NCBI GenBank assembly: GCA_016194705.1
Contig: JACQAZ010000010.1
Coordinates: 166 to 64,165, forward strand
Direction: 5' to 3'
DNA length: 64,000 nucleotides
From: Elusimicrobiota bacterium
Lineage (GTDB): Bacteria > Elusimicrobiota > Elusimicrobia > UBA1565 > UBA9628
Below, one piece after another: positions 1-9,429 of this stretch (positions within the stretch are counted from its first letter, which is position 1; every line of letters starts with the position of its first letter). The position numbers and the translations under genes were made by a program. The notes beneath the pieces were generated by a model that was not told where the DNA came from, ran no database searches, and saw nothing but the letters and a program-made list of their open reading frames with translations.

Positions 1-132
1 ACCATGGGCTGCATCGATTGCAAAAACAAGAACTACACCTTCCAACGCGGCAAGAAGAAGGAATTCAAGCTGGAGATGAAGAAGTACTGCCGGTGCTGCG
101 GAAAACAGACCAATCACAAGGAAGTCAAGTAG
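1..132 (+). CDS. rpmG: 50S ribosomal protein L33 (zinc-ribbon type). It is 5'-truncated by the window edge: the frame is open from nt 1 and the stop lies at 130-132.
   Basis: Translation TMGCIDCKNKNYTFQRGKKKEFKLEMKKYCRCCGKQTNHKEVK carries the CxxC...CxxC zinc-ribbon pattern of L33, including the KLELKKYC-like core. It sits directly upstream of tRNA-Trp, secE and nusG, as in many bacteria. Confidence 0.85.
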   Translation, partial: TMGCIDCKNKNYTFQRGKKKEFKLEMKKYCRCCGKQTNHKEVK

Positions 133-152
133 CGTGGGCGGCTCGAATCTTT

Positions 153-228
153 GGGGGTGTCGGTTAATTGGTTAAACCACCAGTCTCCAAAACTGGAACT
201 CCAGGTTCGAGTCCTGGCGCCCCCGCCA
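153..228 (+). tRNA. trnW: tRNA-Trp (anticodon CCA), with the 3' CCA encoded
   Basis: A 76-nt cloverleaf can be read by eye. The acceptor stem is GGGGGTG/CGCCCCC with one G-U pair. The anticodon stem is ccagt/actgg with loop CTCCAAA. The T-arm is ccagg-TTCGAGT-cctgg. Discriminator G is followed by CCA at 226-228. The position between rpmG and secE is typical for tRNA-Trp. Confidence 0.9.
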
Positions 229-258
229 GTTTTTTAGCGGCCTGAGAGCAACCCGAGA

Positions 259-453
259 ATGAACCCCATTGAAACCGTCGTCCAGTTCGTCAAGGAAGCG
301 TATTACGAACTCCGCAAGTCCTCCTGGCTCTCGCGCCGCGAGGCCGCCGACTCCACTAAGGTGGTCGTCCTGATCGTCGCCCTCATGTCGGTCTACGTCG
401 CCGGAATCGATTTCGTCCTCTCCATCCTCATGACGGCTTTACTGGGCAGATAA
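259..453 (+). CDS. secE: preprotein translocase subunit SecE
   Basis: A 64-aa protein with a single C-terminal TM helix, lying immediately upstream of nusG in the conserved arrangement. Confidence 0.9.
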   Translation: MNPIETVVQFVKEAYYELRKSSWLSRREAADSTKVVVLIVALMSVYVAGIDFVLSILMTALLGR

Positions 454-454
454 A

Positions 455-1000
455 ATGACCAACACGACACTCGAGCGCGGCTGGTATGTGGTCCACACGC
501 AGTCGGGCTACGAAGACCGCGTCTACAAGAACCTCCTGCAGAAGATCCAGACCGAGCGCCTGCAGGATAAGATCTTCTCCGTCATGATCCCGACCGAGGA
601 CGTCGTCGAGGTCAAGAAGAACAAGAAGAAGATCTCCAAGCGGAAGTTCTTCCCCGGCTACATCCTTCTCGACATGAAGGTCGACGAGCAGACCTACTGG
701 CTCGTCAAGGGCATCGCGGGAGTCTCCGGCTTCCTCGGAGAGCCCCGGCCCACGCCTCTTCCCGAGGAAGAGGTCAAGGGCATCCTCGAGCTGACCAACA
801 CCGCGGCCGAAGGCAAGCCGCGTCCCGCCGTGCAGTTCGAGAAAGGCGAGAACATCCGGATCATCGAGGGCCCCTTCCGCCATTTCGTCGGCATCGTCGA
901 GGAGGTCAACGACGCCAAGGCCAAGATCAAGGCCATGGTCACCATATTCGGCCGCCCCACTCCCGTGGAGTTGGACTTCCTGCAGGTGGAGAAGCTTTAG
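455..1000 (+). CDS. nusG: transcription termination/antitermination factor NusG
   Basis: A 181-aa protein with an NGN domain and a C-terminal KOW motif (GEPRP...EGPFRHFVGIVEEV). The ATG lies 1 nt after the secE stop. Confidence 0.95.
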   Translation: MTNTTLERGWYVVHTQSGYEDRVYKNLLQKIQTERLQDKIFSVMIPTEDVVEVKKNKKKISKRKFFPGYILLDMKVDEQTYWLVKGIAGVSGFLGEPRPTPLPEEEVKGILELTNTAAEGKPRPAVQFEKGENIRIIEGPFRHFVGIVEEVNDAKAKIKAMVTIFGRPTPVELDFLQVEKL

Positions 1001-1005
1001 CCGAA

Positions 1006-1332
1006 ATGAACGCGGTCATGGAAGCCGAAGTGGTCGAGCCCGGTCAAGGCCGCCCGCGGGTGCGCCTGACCCACGTCAAGGCGCTGGGCCTCTTCGGCAC
1101 GGCCCTGGCCGTGCTGACCATGTTCGCGGCCTTCGGCGTCGGCCTCCTGGTGCTTTTCGGCACGACGCTGCTCGCGGCGACCGCCGCATGGCTCTTGTGG
1201 GCGCGTGTTTTCGCGCCCGAGTTCACGCAGTGGGTGTTCGGCACTCCCTACGCCCCTTTTTGGAAGCTTTTCGTCCTGTTTTTGGCAGCGGGCTCGCTCA
1301 TGAAGCTCTTTCGCCCGCTAAGGAAGAGGTAA
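1006..1332 (+). CDS. hypothetical small membrane protein (2-3 predicted TM helices) inserted between nusG and rplK
   Basis: A 108-aa ORF in the 336-nt gap between nusG and rplK. It has hydrophobic stretches ([39 protein letters not shown]; [15 protein letters not shown]) and a basic tail RPLRKR. Several overlapping ORFs in other frames are typical high-GC artefacts, so the coding status is uncertain. Confidence 0.5.
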   Translation: MNAVMEAEVVEPGQGRPRVRLTHVKALGLFGTALAVLTMFAAFGVGLLVLFGTTLLAATAAWLLWARVFAPEFTQWVFGTPYAPFWKLFVLFLAAGSLMKLFRPLRKR

Positions 1333-1336
1333 CCGC

Positions 1337-1765
1337 ATGGCAAAGAAGGTCAAGACCCAGATCAAGCTTCAGATTCCGGCAGGCGCGGCCAACCCCGCTC
1401 CGCCCGTGGGCCCCGCGCTGGGCCAGCACGGCGTCAACATCATGGACTTCTGCAAGCAGTTCAACGAGCGCACCAAGACCGCGGAGGCGGGAATGACCAT
1501 TCCCGTCGTCATCACGGTCTTCGAGGACCGCTCGTTTAACTTCATCACGAAGATGCCTCCGGTGTCCTCGCTCTTGAAGCGCGCGGCCGGCCTGGCCAAG
1601 GCCTCGGGCGAGCCCAACCGCAACAAGGTCGGCAAGATCACGCTCAAGCAGGCCGAGGCCATCGCTCAGCAGAAGATGCCCGACCTCAACACCAAGGATC
1701 TCAAAGCAGCCGTCGAAATGGTCAAGGGAACGGCCCGCTCGATGGGCATCGACGTCGTTCAGTAA
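1337..1765 (+). CDS. rplK: 50S ribosomal protein L11
   Basis: [43 protein letters not shown]... is canonical L11. Confidence 0.95.
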   Translation: MAKKVKTQIKLQIPAGAANPAPPVGPALGQHGVNIMDFCKQFNERTKTAEAGMTIPVVITVFEDRSFNFITKMPPVSSLLKRAAGLAKASGEPNRNKVGKITLKQAEAIAQQKMPDLNTKDLKAAVEMVKGTARSMGIDVVQ

Positions 1766-1823
1766 AAATAAAAAAGTAGACCGAGCTCCAACAGGGGCGT
1801 TCGAAGGTCACGGAGGCAGTGAA

Positions 1824-2507
1824 ATGGGAAAGAGACTCGCCGCATTAGAGAAGCAGTTGGACGCCGCCAAGCTGTACCCCCTCGAGGAAGCCGCCGCACT
1901 CGTCAAGAAATGCGCCACCGCCAAGTTCGACGAGACCGTCGAGCTGCACGTGCGCCTGGGCGTCGACCCCAAGCAGGCCGACCAGCAGGTCCGCGGCACC
2001 GTGAGCCTGCCTCACGGCTTGGGCAAGTCGAAGAAGGTCGCCGTCGTCACGCGAGGCGAGAAGCAGAAGGACGCGACCAACGCCGGAGCCGATCTCGTCG
2101 GCGGCGACGACTTGATTGAGCAGATCAGCAAGGGCATGCTCGACTTCGACGTCCTGGTCGCGACGCCCGACTTGATGAAAGACCTCTCCAAGCTCGGCAA
2201 GGTGCTGGGCCCCAAGGGCCTCATGCCCAACCCCAAGAGCGGCACGGTGACCATGGACGTCGCCAAGACCGTCAAGGAGCTCAAGGCGGGCCGCGTCGAG
2301 TACAAGGTCGACGACTACGGCATCATCCACGTCCCGGTGGGCAAGGCCTCCTTCGAGCCCGCCAAGATCGCGGGCAACGCGCGCACCGTCCTCGAGGCGC
2401 TGCTCAAGGCCAAGCCCTCGGCCTCCAAGGGAGTCTACATGATGAGCGTGACGCTCTGCTCGAGCATGGGCCCCGGCGTCAAGCTCGATCCCAGCCAGAA
2501 GTTCTAG
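1824..2507 (+). CDS. rplA: 50S ribosomal protein L1
   Basis: A 227-aa protein with canonical L1 features ([16 protein letters not shown]...[11 protein letters not shown]...LVATPDLM). Confidence 0.95.
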   Translation: MGKRLAALEKQLDAAKLYPLEEAAALVKKCATAKFDETVELHVRLGVDPKQADQQVRGTVSLPHGLGKSKKVAVVTRGEKQKDATNAGADLVGGDDLIEQISKGMLDFDVLVATPDLMKDLSKLGKVLGPKGLMPNPKSGTVTMDVAKTVKELKAGRVEYKVDDYGIIHVPVGKASFEPAKIAGNARTVLEALLKAKPSASKGVYMMSVTLCSSMGPGVKLDPSQKF

Positions 2508-2523
2508 CGCCGTTCTCCACAAA

Positions 2524-2560
2524 AAGAAAGGACCCTCCGTCGCCGGAGGGTCCTTTCTTT
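2524..2560 (+). terminator. Rho-independent terminator after rplA. It is effectively bidirectional, with an A-run 5' and a T-run 3'.
   Basis: AAAGAAAGGACCCTCCG-TCGC-CGGAGGGTCCTTTCTTT is a perfect GC-rich stem flanked by complementary A-rich and T-rich arms. It lies between rplA (+) and the convergent RDD gene (-). Confidence 0.8.
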
Positions 2561-2578
2561 GCTAACGCCCCTCAATCG

Positions 2579-3385
2579 TCAGGGACCGTTCAGGGCGACC
2601 AAGGTCCGATTGTCGTCCATCGCGTGGGCCGTGATCCTGTATTTGTCGTCGGTCGCCGTGATCTGGACGCCGGTCTTCGGATCGAACAGGTTGGACATGT
2701 TCCTCATGAACGCCCGCGGTTGAGCGCTCAATGGGGCCAGGGCGAAGAAGTTGTCGGTATAACGGCCATTCTGAAGGCGGTAGATGGTCTCCAGCTGGCC
2801 GAGCTCCTTCATGCCGACCTGGGCGTAGGCCACGTTCATGAGCCTGTGGTAGCGCGGGGAGGCAACGTTGTTCCAATACCAGAGGCCCGCCACCAAGGAA
2901 AGGCAGGCGAAGGCCGCCGCCCGCGTCAAGGCGCGCGCCGCAGCCGCCTTGGGGTGCTCCTCGATGACGACCGAGCCGACCACCATGTCGTGCCAGCATT
3001 GCCGGGCCGGGTTGAACAAAGACCATAGGAACCCGATGTCGAGGATCGAGCTCAACAGGTAGCTCGCCGAGCGCATGCCCGACTGGCCGAGGCTCAGCGG
3101 ATGCCCGTCCATGTCGACGACGCGCAGGCCCAACAGACGCTTGCCCAAGGATGACCTGCCCTCGCCCGAGAAATAGGCCTGGTAGAGCAGGAACAGAAAG
3201 GTCCACAAGGCGGTCCATTCGGCCTGGTGCGCACTCGACAAGACCGAGTCGTGCCTGAAGATGAGCGCATGGGAGAAGATGTAGCCCGCCACGGCCAGCG
3301 AGAGGTCCACGGAAAAGGCGACCACGCGCTCGCTGAACGACGCCAAATTCAACTCCTTCCACTGCCGCTGATTCTCGGATTCCAT
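2579..3385 (-). CDS. RDD-family membrane protein with a C-terminal extracytoplasmic domain
   Basis: The N-terminal polytopic region carries an RDD-like motif (GKRLLGLRVVDMDG). It is followed by about 120 aa of soluble domain. Confidence 0.7.
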   Translation of the reverse strand: MESENQRQWKELNLASFSERVVAFSVDLSLAVAGYIFSHALIFRHDSVLSSAHQAEWTALWTFLFLLYQAYFSGEGRSSLGKRLLGLRVVDMDGHPLSLGQSGMRSASYLLSSILDIGFLWSLFNPARQCWHDMVVGSVVIEEHPKAAAARALTRAAAFACLSLVAGLWYWNNVASPRYHRLMNVAYAQVGMKELGQLETIYRLQNGRYTDNFFALAPLSAQPRAFMRNMSNLFDPKTGVQITATDDKYRITAHAMDDNRTLVALNGP

Positions 3386-3410
3386 AGAGATTCTCCTCCC
3401 AAAGTCCGGT

Positions 3411-5696
3411 TCAAATAGGCTTAAGCCCCAGAACGTCCACGCATTTCTTATCCGTCCACTCCTTCTCTTGGGCCGCAGTGATCTTCCCGGCCTTCCGGAA
3501 CCCCTGAAGCTCGGTGCACCGTTTCTTGAGTAGTGTGGCCGTTCTGAAATCCGTCTCGGGCTTGACTACGGTCGGAGCCGGCATCTCGTAGGTCTCGTGG
3601 TGGTAGTCCTTGAGATAATAAGCCATCAATCTCCCCACGCAGTTGTCCACGTCCTCGCCGTGCCCTTTTCGGACCTGGCTCGGATAGCACCACCCGAATT
3701 TCTTCTGGAAGGTCCCGGTCACCTCGTCGGCGTTCTTGCCGGCCTCCTTCTCGGGCCAGTATGCGTCGAAATAGCTCTTGACGACGCCCGCGTTGACGTC
3801 CTTGATCCACTGGTCGTCGACCTTGACCGCGCCGGGCAGCCCGGCTTGAGCTCTGATCGCCTGTTTGGCGAGCGCCGCCTTTTCACCGGTGCGGCCATCC
3901 TCCGCGAACTTGGTCCGCAGCTGGCCGATCCTGATGTAGGTCTGGGTCTTCAGCGCCTGTTTCTCGTCCTGTTCGATCTTGTCGAGGTCCGCGGCCAGGT
4001 CCTCGCCCTGCTTCTCCTCGCTGCCCAAGCGATCCTGCTCCTTGGCATACCAGGCGTTGGCCTCGTCGATCGCGGCCTTTCTCTGACGGCGGATTTGCTT
4101 GACGTCTTCGCGCTGCTCGTAGGCCTGCGGGCTCTCGAAGCTCTCGCGCCTGGGCAGGGGGTATTCATTTTCGACCGCGGTCAACTTATCGCCATACTGC
4201 TTCTCGACGGCGCGGCGTTCCGCGCTTTGCTTGGCGTCTGTCGAGCGTCTGGCGTCCTGCTTCTCTTTGATCGCGTCCGCAAGGGTCTGGCCCTTGCCGC
4301 AACCCGACTGAAGGCCCGTGATCGGCGAGGGGCCCACGAACGGTCCCAGGGGCGCGGTCTTGTCCGTTTCGAGGGTCTTCGGGTCCCCCTCCTTGGGGGC
4401 TCCCACTCCCTTGAAGGCGAGGCCCAAGGCCTTGAGCTGGGCCGCGGTGGCGCCGTCGTTGATGAAAGTCTCCGCGACCTTGCTCCCCTGGGCCGCCAGA
4501 TCTTCGGCTTTCGAGTCGGCCTTGACCTCAGGAAGAGTATGCACGCCGATCACCGCGGTTTTTCCCTGCCCATCGGTGACCTTATAGCCTATCTGCTTGC
4601 CGCCCTTGCCGATGTCCACGACCTCGCCGGTGGCGCCCTCGGGCATCCGCTCGGCCATTTTGTCGCCGAAGGCCTTCTTGTACGCCTCGAGATTCATATC
4701 CTTGACCTTGGCGGCCCTCTCGCCCTCCATCTTCGCGAGCCCCTCGAGATGCGACTTGAGTCCGTCTGGAGTCTTGTCCACCGTCAACGCGGCGACGCCG
4801 GTCATCTGCTTGAAGACATTCTCCATGTAGGATTCGTAATGGCTCAGCAGGTCATGCGTCTCCTTGTCGTAGTAGGCGATGGGGCCGCCTTTGAGCGGTT
4901 TGCACTCGGCATCCACCATCCCGACGCTGCACCAGTGATGAGTGATCCCGGTCATCCTTGAATTGATCTCGTTCCAGTCCGCGGAGTCCGCGGGGATCGG
5001 CTTGTCCGGAGGCGTCATCGCTCCCGCGAACTGCGGCTGGAGCTTGACCAGAATGCCGCGCAGCTTCTCGGTCTCCTGCAGATAGGCGACGATCTTCTTG
5101 CCGGGGCGCACCTGCTTGGCGTCCTTGCCCTGTCCATCGGGGCCCTGAGCGATTTCGGAGACCGCCGTGGCCTGATCGCCCGCGGAGAGGCCGGACACGA
5201 GCAGGCCGTCCTTGACCAAGGTCTCCTTCTTCGGAAACTGAACGTCGGTGACTGTGGCGACATCTCCCTTGGCGCCCTGGGCGTTGGGCTTGACCGAGGC
5301 GGCGGCCGAGCCGGCCGCAGGGACCGCGATCCCGAGGCTCTCCGCCGACTTGAGGACGTCCTCGGCCTTGCCCAGCACGGCGTCGACTTCGGAGTCGATC
5401 AAGAAAAACATATCATCGACCGTCTTGATGAGCTTGACGCGATCCTCGGGCTTTCCCGCGTCCCACTGCGCCTTGAGCTTTTTGTCCTTGTCGATCAGAC
5501 TCCAGACGTCTTGATTGCAGAGCGGGGTGCCGCCCTGGCCGGCCCGGTCGGCGACGCCCTTTGCGAGCAGATCGGCATTGCAGCGGTGGGCGGTCGCGCC
5601 GCGGTCGGGTATCGCCGAGCCCGCCTTGACGATCGCAAGAGCCGGAAGAGCCGCAAGTCCGGCCAGCGCCAGCAGACAGAGGGTCAATCGCTTCAT
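3411..5696 (-). CDS. large secreted K/E/D-rich hypothetical protein (761 aa) with a signal peptide and a central coiled-coil region
   Basis: The start is placed at MKRLTLCLLALAGLAALPALA (ATG at 5696) rather than the ORF-track start. Upstream there is a GGAGG RBS, a TACACT -10 and a TTGACA -35. I recognise no known domain. Conserved Cys pairs are present (HHWCSVGMVDAECKP; GWCYP...DNCVGRL; KKRCTEL...KKCVDVL). Confidence 0.7.
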   Translation of the reverse strand: MKRLTLCLLALAGLAALPALAIVKAGSAIPDRGATAHRCNADLLAKGVADRAGQGGTPLCNQDVWSLIDKDKKLKAQWDAGKPEDRVKLIKTVDDMFFLIDSEVDAVLGKAEDVLKSAESLGIAVPAAGSAAASVKPNAQGAKGDVATVTDVQFPKKETLVKDGLLVSGLSAGDQATAVSEIAQGPDGQGKDAKQVRPGKKIVAYLQETEKLRGILVKLQPQFAGAMTPPDKPIPADSADWNEINSRMTGITHHWCSVGMVDAECKPLKGGPIAYYDKETHDLLSHYESYMENVFKQMTGVAALTVDKTPDGLKSHLEGLAKMEGERAAKVKDMNLEAYKKAFGDKMAERMPEGATGEVVDIGKGGKQIGYKVTDGQGKTAVIGVHTLPEVKADSKAEDLAAQGSKVAETFINDGATAAQLKALGLAFKGVGAPKEGDPKTLETDKTAPLGPFVGPSPITGLQSGCGKGQTLADAIKEKQDARRSTDAKQSAERRAVEKQYGDKLTAVENEYPLPRRESFESPQAYEQREDVKQIRRQRKAAIDEANAWYAKEQDRLGSEEKQGEDLAADLDKIEQDEKQALKTQTYIRIGQLRTKFAEDGRTGEKAALAKQAIRAQAGLPGAVKVDDQWIKDVNAGVVKSYFDAYWPEKEAGKNADEVTGTFQKKFGWCYPSQVRKGHGEDVDNCVGRLMAYYLKDYHHETYEMPAPTVVKPETDFRTATLLKKRCTELQGFRKAGKITAAQEKEWTDKKCVDVLGLKPI

Positions 5697-5799
5697 GGCT
5701 ACCTCCAAAAGCGAACGGCGCGCGGATTTTCCTCGTCCCGAGGAAGATGCCGACGCGCCGTGAAAGGCCTCGGGACAACTCTGGGGTCGGCCTAGGTCC

Positions 5800-5828
5800 A
5801 GTGTAGACCCGGGGCCTTGATTTGTCAA
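5800..5828 (-). promoter_or_regulatory. sigma70-type promoter (TTGACA-17-TACACT) for the 761-aa secreted protein gene
   Basis: The reverse complement of 5823-5828 is TTGACA. A 17-nt spacer separates it from the -10 TACACT (rc of 5800-5805). It sits about 100 nt upstream of the ATG and is followed by GGAGG 7 nt before the start. Confidence 0.5.
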
Positions 5829-5858
5829 GACCTGGTCAAGGGGACGGGTGGGAAGCGG

Positions 5859-6998
5859 CTATTCCTCGTCCGGCTCGGCCCGACGGGGAGGACGGCCCGA
5901 GGCCTCCCAGGAAAGATACGCGGAGATCAAGGCGTCGAGGTCTCCGTCCATGACGGACTGGATCTGCGAGGTCTGATGGCCGGTGCGCAGGTCCTTGACC
6001 ATCTGGTAGGGCATGAAGACGTAGGACCGAATCTGGTGGCCCCAAGCGATGTCTCCCATGGCGTCGTAGTGCTTTTCCATCGCCGAACGCTTCTTGTCGA
6101 GCTCGATCTGATAGAGCTTGGCCTTGAGCATCTTCATCGCGTTGAGGCGGTTGGCGAGTTGGCTGCGCTCGGTCTGGCAGGCCACCACGAGTCCGCTGGC
6201 CTTGTGGATCAGGCGCACGGCGGTTTCCACCTTGTTGACGTTCTGCCCGCCGTGGCCGCCCGCGCGAAAGGTCTCGAGCGTGACGTCGGAATCCGAGACC
6301 TGGATGTCGATGGTGTCCTCGATGTCGGGCACGACGTCGGCCGAGGCAAACGAGGTGTGGCGCCGCTTGTTGGCGTCGAAAGGCGAGATGCGCACCAGGC
6401 GATGCACGCCGGTCTCTCCTTTAAGGAAGCCGTAGGCGTTGGTCCCGCGGACGAAAGCCGAGAGGCTCTTGATGCCCGCTCCTTCGCCCTTGAGCAGGTC
6501 GGTCACGACGACCTCGAAGCCGTGACTTTGCGCCCAGCGCGTCCACATGCGCCAGAGCATCTCGGCCCAGTCGCAGGCCTCGGTGCCTCCCGCTCCCGCG
6601 TGCAGGCTGATGATCGCGTCGCTCGCGTCGAACTGGCCCGAGAGCTTGAGGCTCGAGTCGAGCTCGGACAGGAGCCTCTGCTCTTCCGCGAGGCTCTTCT
6701 CGACTTCCTTGAGCTCCCCCCGGTCGCGGGCCTCGTGGGCGAGCTCGAAGTGCGCGGAGAGATCGTCGAGGTTTTTCTTGGCCTTCTGCCAGACGCCGAG
6801 CACCTTTTTGAGGTCGTTGAGCTCCTTCGACTTTTTCTTGGCCGCGGCGGAATCGGCCCAAAAGGCGGGCTGAGCGGCTTCAGCCTCGCGCGCGGCGATG
6901 TCTTTCGCGCGCTTGGAGACGTCGAGGAGCCGGCTCAGGCGCTCCAGGAAGTCCTTGGACTCCCGCAGCTTGGTCTCGATGTCGTTGAACTCGGCCAT
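5859..6998 (-). CDS. prfB: peptide chain release factor 2, encoded in a single frame with no programmed +1 frameshift site
   Basis: The GGQ motif is present ([19 protein letters not shown]), together with the SPF-region and the RF2-type N-terminus. The full 379-aa protein reads in one ORF. Confidence 0.9.
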   Translation of the reverse strand: MAEFNDIETKLRESKDFLERLSRLLDVSKRAKDIAAREAEAAQPAFWADSAAAKKKSKELNDLKKVLGVWQKAKKNLDDLSAHFELAHEARDRGELKEVEKSLAEEQRLLSELDSSLKLSGQFDASDAIISLHAGAGGTEACDWAEMLWRMWTRWAQSHGFEVVVTDLLKGEGAGIKSLSAFVRGTNAYGFLKGETGVHRLVRISPFDANKRRHTSFASADVVPDIEDTIDIQVSDSDVTLETFRAGGHGGQNVNKVETAVRLIHKASGLVVACQTERSQLANRLNAMKMLKAKLYQIELDKKRSAMEKHYDAMGDIAWGHQIRSYVFMPYQMVKDLRTGHQTSQIQSVMDGDLDALISAYLSWEASGRPPRRAEPDEE

Positions 6999-7007
6999 TT
7001 GCCTATT

Positions 7008-7889
7008 TTATGAAATTTGCGCGAAGGTCCGGAGGGTCTGGGCGTGCAGCGCCGCAGTATCCTTTATACATGCTGCGTAGCCGCCCCCCAAGACAACCGC
7101 GGCGGCTACGCTCCTTGCGCGGCACGCTTCGAAAACGAGCTTGTCGCGCCGCGCAAGGCCGTCTACAGTGAGCTTCAGTCCCCCGAGCACGTCATGTTCA
7201 TAACAGTCGACGCCCGCTTGATAAACGACAAGTTCAGGATTATGCTCGAAGACTTTATCGATATTCTCTTCCAGCAGGCTCAAGAAAGCCGTGTCGCCAG
7301 TCCCCGCTCTAAGTCCCACGTCCAAGGAGCTCTTTTCCTTTCTTTCGGGATAGATGTCTTCCTGGTGCATCGAGAAGGTGAAGACGTCCTTGTCGCCCGT
7401 GAAGATGGCGGCCGTGCCGTTGCCTTGGTGCACGTCGAGGTCGATGACGGCGGCTCTCTTGATCTTGCCGTCGGCCTTCATCCTCAAGATGCCGCAGGCG
7501 ATATCATTGAGGACACAAAAACCTTCTCCGTGGTTCCTGAAGGCGTGGTGGGAACCGCCTCCGATGTGCAGGCCGACGCCGTGCTCCAGGGCGTGGCGGC
7601 AGGCGAGGATGGTCCCGGAGACGGAGATCTGATGCGCCCCCGAGATCTCGGGTGAGAACGGGAGTTCCATGAGAGTCTCGTCGTCCAAGCTCATCTTGCC
7701 GGACAAGACCTTGTCGATCCAATCGGCGTCGTGGGCGAGCAGCAGGTCCTCCTTGGTCGGCAATGAGGGCTCGATGAGCTCGCCCTCGGTCCCCATGCTC
7801 TCGGCGACGAGGCCGAACTTGCGCGTGGGAAAAACATGATCCCCGATGTCGATGACGTACTTCGGGGAATAGACGAAGCTAGGCGGCAC
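7008..7889 (-). CDS. histone deacetylase-family protein (acetoin utilisation AcuC / acetylpolyamine amidohydrolase-like)
   Basis: HDAC-fold motifs are present: HHAFRNHGEGFCVLNDIA, DLDVHQGNGT and GGGY near the C-terminus. Confidence 0.8.
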   Translation of the reverse strand: MPPSFVYSPKYVIDIGDHVFPTRKFGLVAESMGTEGELIEPSLPTKEDLLLAHDADWIDKVLSGKMSLDDETLMELPFSPEISGAHQISVSGTILACRHALEHGVGLHIGGGSHHAFRNHGEGFCVLNDIACGILRMKADGKIKRAAVIDLDVHQGNGTAAIFTGDKDVFTFSMHQEDIYPERKEKSSLDVGLRAGTGDTAFLSLLEENIDKVFEHNPELVVYQAGVDCYEHDVLGGLKLTVDGLARRDKLVFEACRARSVAAAVVLGGGYAACIKDTAALHAQTLRTFAQIS

Positions 7890-9429
7890 GGGGTCTGCGC
7901 CAGAACGCGAAGCCGGCCCAAAAAGCGGTGACCCACAAGACCATGGTGCCGAACCAGTCGCCGTGGCGCGCGTAGAAAGAACGGCGCGGGAAGAAATCCT
8001 CCGCCGCGACCGCCGCGTCCAGGCGCCCGCGCACGCCCAGATCGAGCTTGGCCGTGATGACGCCCCACGGGTCGATGACCGCCGAGATCCCCGTGTTGCC
8101 GGAGCGGATCACCGTGACGCGGTTCTCGACGGCGCGGTAGACGTTGGACTGGAAATGCTGATAAGGCCCCCAGGTGTCCTTGTACCAGCCGTCGTTGGTC
8201 ACGTTGGCCAGGATGCGCGCTCCGCGCGAGGCGTCTCGCTGCGCCCAGCGCGGGAACATCGCCTCATAGCAGATGGTGACGGCCATGGGCCCCAAAGGCG
8301 TCTCCATGAGAGGCTGGCGCGGCTCGCCCTTGGTCAAATCTCCCATCAAGGAAAGGACCGAGATGTAGCGCTCGAGGAAGCGCAGCGGCACGTACTCGCC
8401 GAAGGGGACGAGCTCCCTCTTGTGGTAGACGCCCCTGAGCTTGGCGTCCGGGCCGATCAGGAAGGCCGAGTTGTAGTTGTGGGTCCTGTCGGTCGAGACC
8501 ACCCCCACGAGCTGGTACGAGCCCAGCTTCCGGCTCCAAGTCGCGGCCTCCGCCACCGGCTGACCCTCATCGACCCATTCGGGCAGGGCCGATTCCGGCC
8601 AGACCACCAGAGAGGGGTTCTCGGGACGCGGCCGGGACAGAAGCTCGATGAAATTGCCGCGGATGCGCTCGACGAAGTTCTCATCGAATTTTTGGTATTG
8701 GTCGACGTCTGGCTGCAGGATCTCCACGCGCGCCGCGGACCCCGCGGGTGGACGCGAAACCAGGCACCACTCCCCGTACATCCAGGCGCCGGCGATCAGC
8801 GCCGCCACCGCGGCGAGGTTGGCGGCCGCGGCGCCGCTCGGCTCCCCGTCGTCAAGTTCGAGCCAAGCCGCCGCGACGCACGCATTGGCTGCGGCAACGA
8901 GCCAGCCCAAGCCGTGCGGGCCGAAAATGGAACCGATCTGCAGGAGACTTAGATAGCGCCATTGGGAGTAGGCCGGCAGATCGCCGGCGAGCCTCGGCGT
9001 CCAGCGTTCGGCGGCGACTGACACGGCAGTCCACGCGAGCGCCCACGCCCAGGGCCTGAGCGCCCGCGGGGACCTGGCGCAAAGCCATCCGCTGGCCGCG
9101 GCCGCGGCCGCCCACTCCAGGGCGAGGAAGCCGGCCAGGACGGCCCAGACGGCGGCCGCCGAGGCGACCTGCACGGCCGGGGAGGCCCAGGGCCCGGGAA
9201 CGTGGGCGAACCGGCAGGTGTTGTAGATCCAGTAGACGACCAGGCCGTGAAAGGCGAACCCCGCGGCGAAGCCCAAGCCCGCGCAGTCCCGGGGCGTGCG
9301 CTTGAAACACAGGCCGGCCAACGGAGCCAAGGCCACCCAACCCAGGGGGCATAGGCCGGCGCGTGGCCAGCACAGCCCTATCATCACCCCGGACAACAGG
9401 GCGATGCCGAGGCTCCTTAGCCGTGGCAT
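7879..9429 (-). CDS. lnt: apolipoprotein N-acyltransferase
   Basis: An N-terminal polytopic membrane domain is followed by a CN-hydrolase domain (VVWPESALP...ICYEAMFP...). The start is set at ATG 9429 (MPRLRSLGIALL), 9 nt downstream of the secA stop. The ORF-track N-terminal extension overlaps secA and is rejected. Confidence 0.85.
   Translation of the reverse strand: MPRLRSLGIALLSGVMIGLCWPRAGLCPLGWVALAPLAGLCFKRTPRDCAGLGFAAGFAFHGLVVYWIYNTCRFAHVPGPWASPAVQVASAAAVWAVLAGFLALEWAAAAAASGWLCARSPRALRPWAWALAWTAVSVAAERWTPRLAGDLPAYSQWRYLSLLQIGSIFGPHGLGWLVAAANACVAAAWLELDDGEPSGAAAANLAAVAALIAGAWMYGEWCLVSRPPAGSAARVEILQPDVDQYQKFDENFVERIRGNFIELLSRPRPENPSLVVWPESALPEWVDEGQPVAEAATWSRKLGSYQLVGVVSTDRTHNYNSAFLIGPDAKLRGVYHKRELVPFGEYVPLRFLERYISVLSLMGDLTKGEPRQPLMETPLGPMAVTICYEAMFPRWAQRDASRGARILANVTNDGWYKDTWGPYQHFQSNVYRAVENRVTVIRSGNTGISAVIDPWGVITAKLDLGVRGRLDAAVAAEDFFPRRSFYARHGDWFGTMVLWVTAFWAGFAFWRRPRAA

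Noticed and set aside
428-883. 151-aa minus-strand ORF antisense to nusG. Long antisense or out-of-frame ORFs are also seen at 2562-3362, 3597-4961, 5817-7013, 7963-8952, 9363-12125, 15445-16566, 21908-22819, 24258-25214, 25247-26410, 27846-29216, 43019-44929, 51650-52555 and 57275-58963.
   Set aside because: They overlap well-supported genes with recognisable families (NusG, RF2, SecA, ClpB and others). Their translations are low-complexity and R/A/G/P-rich, typical of non-coding frames in GC-rich DNA. None has a signal, domain or RBS that I can see.
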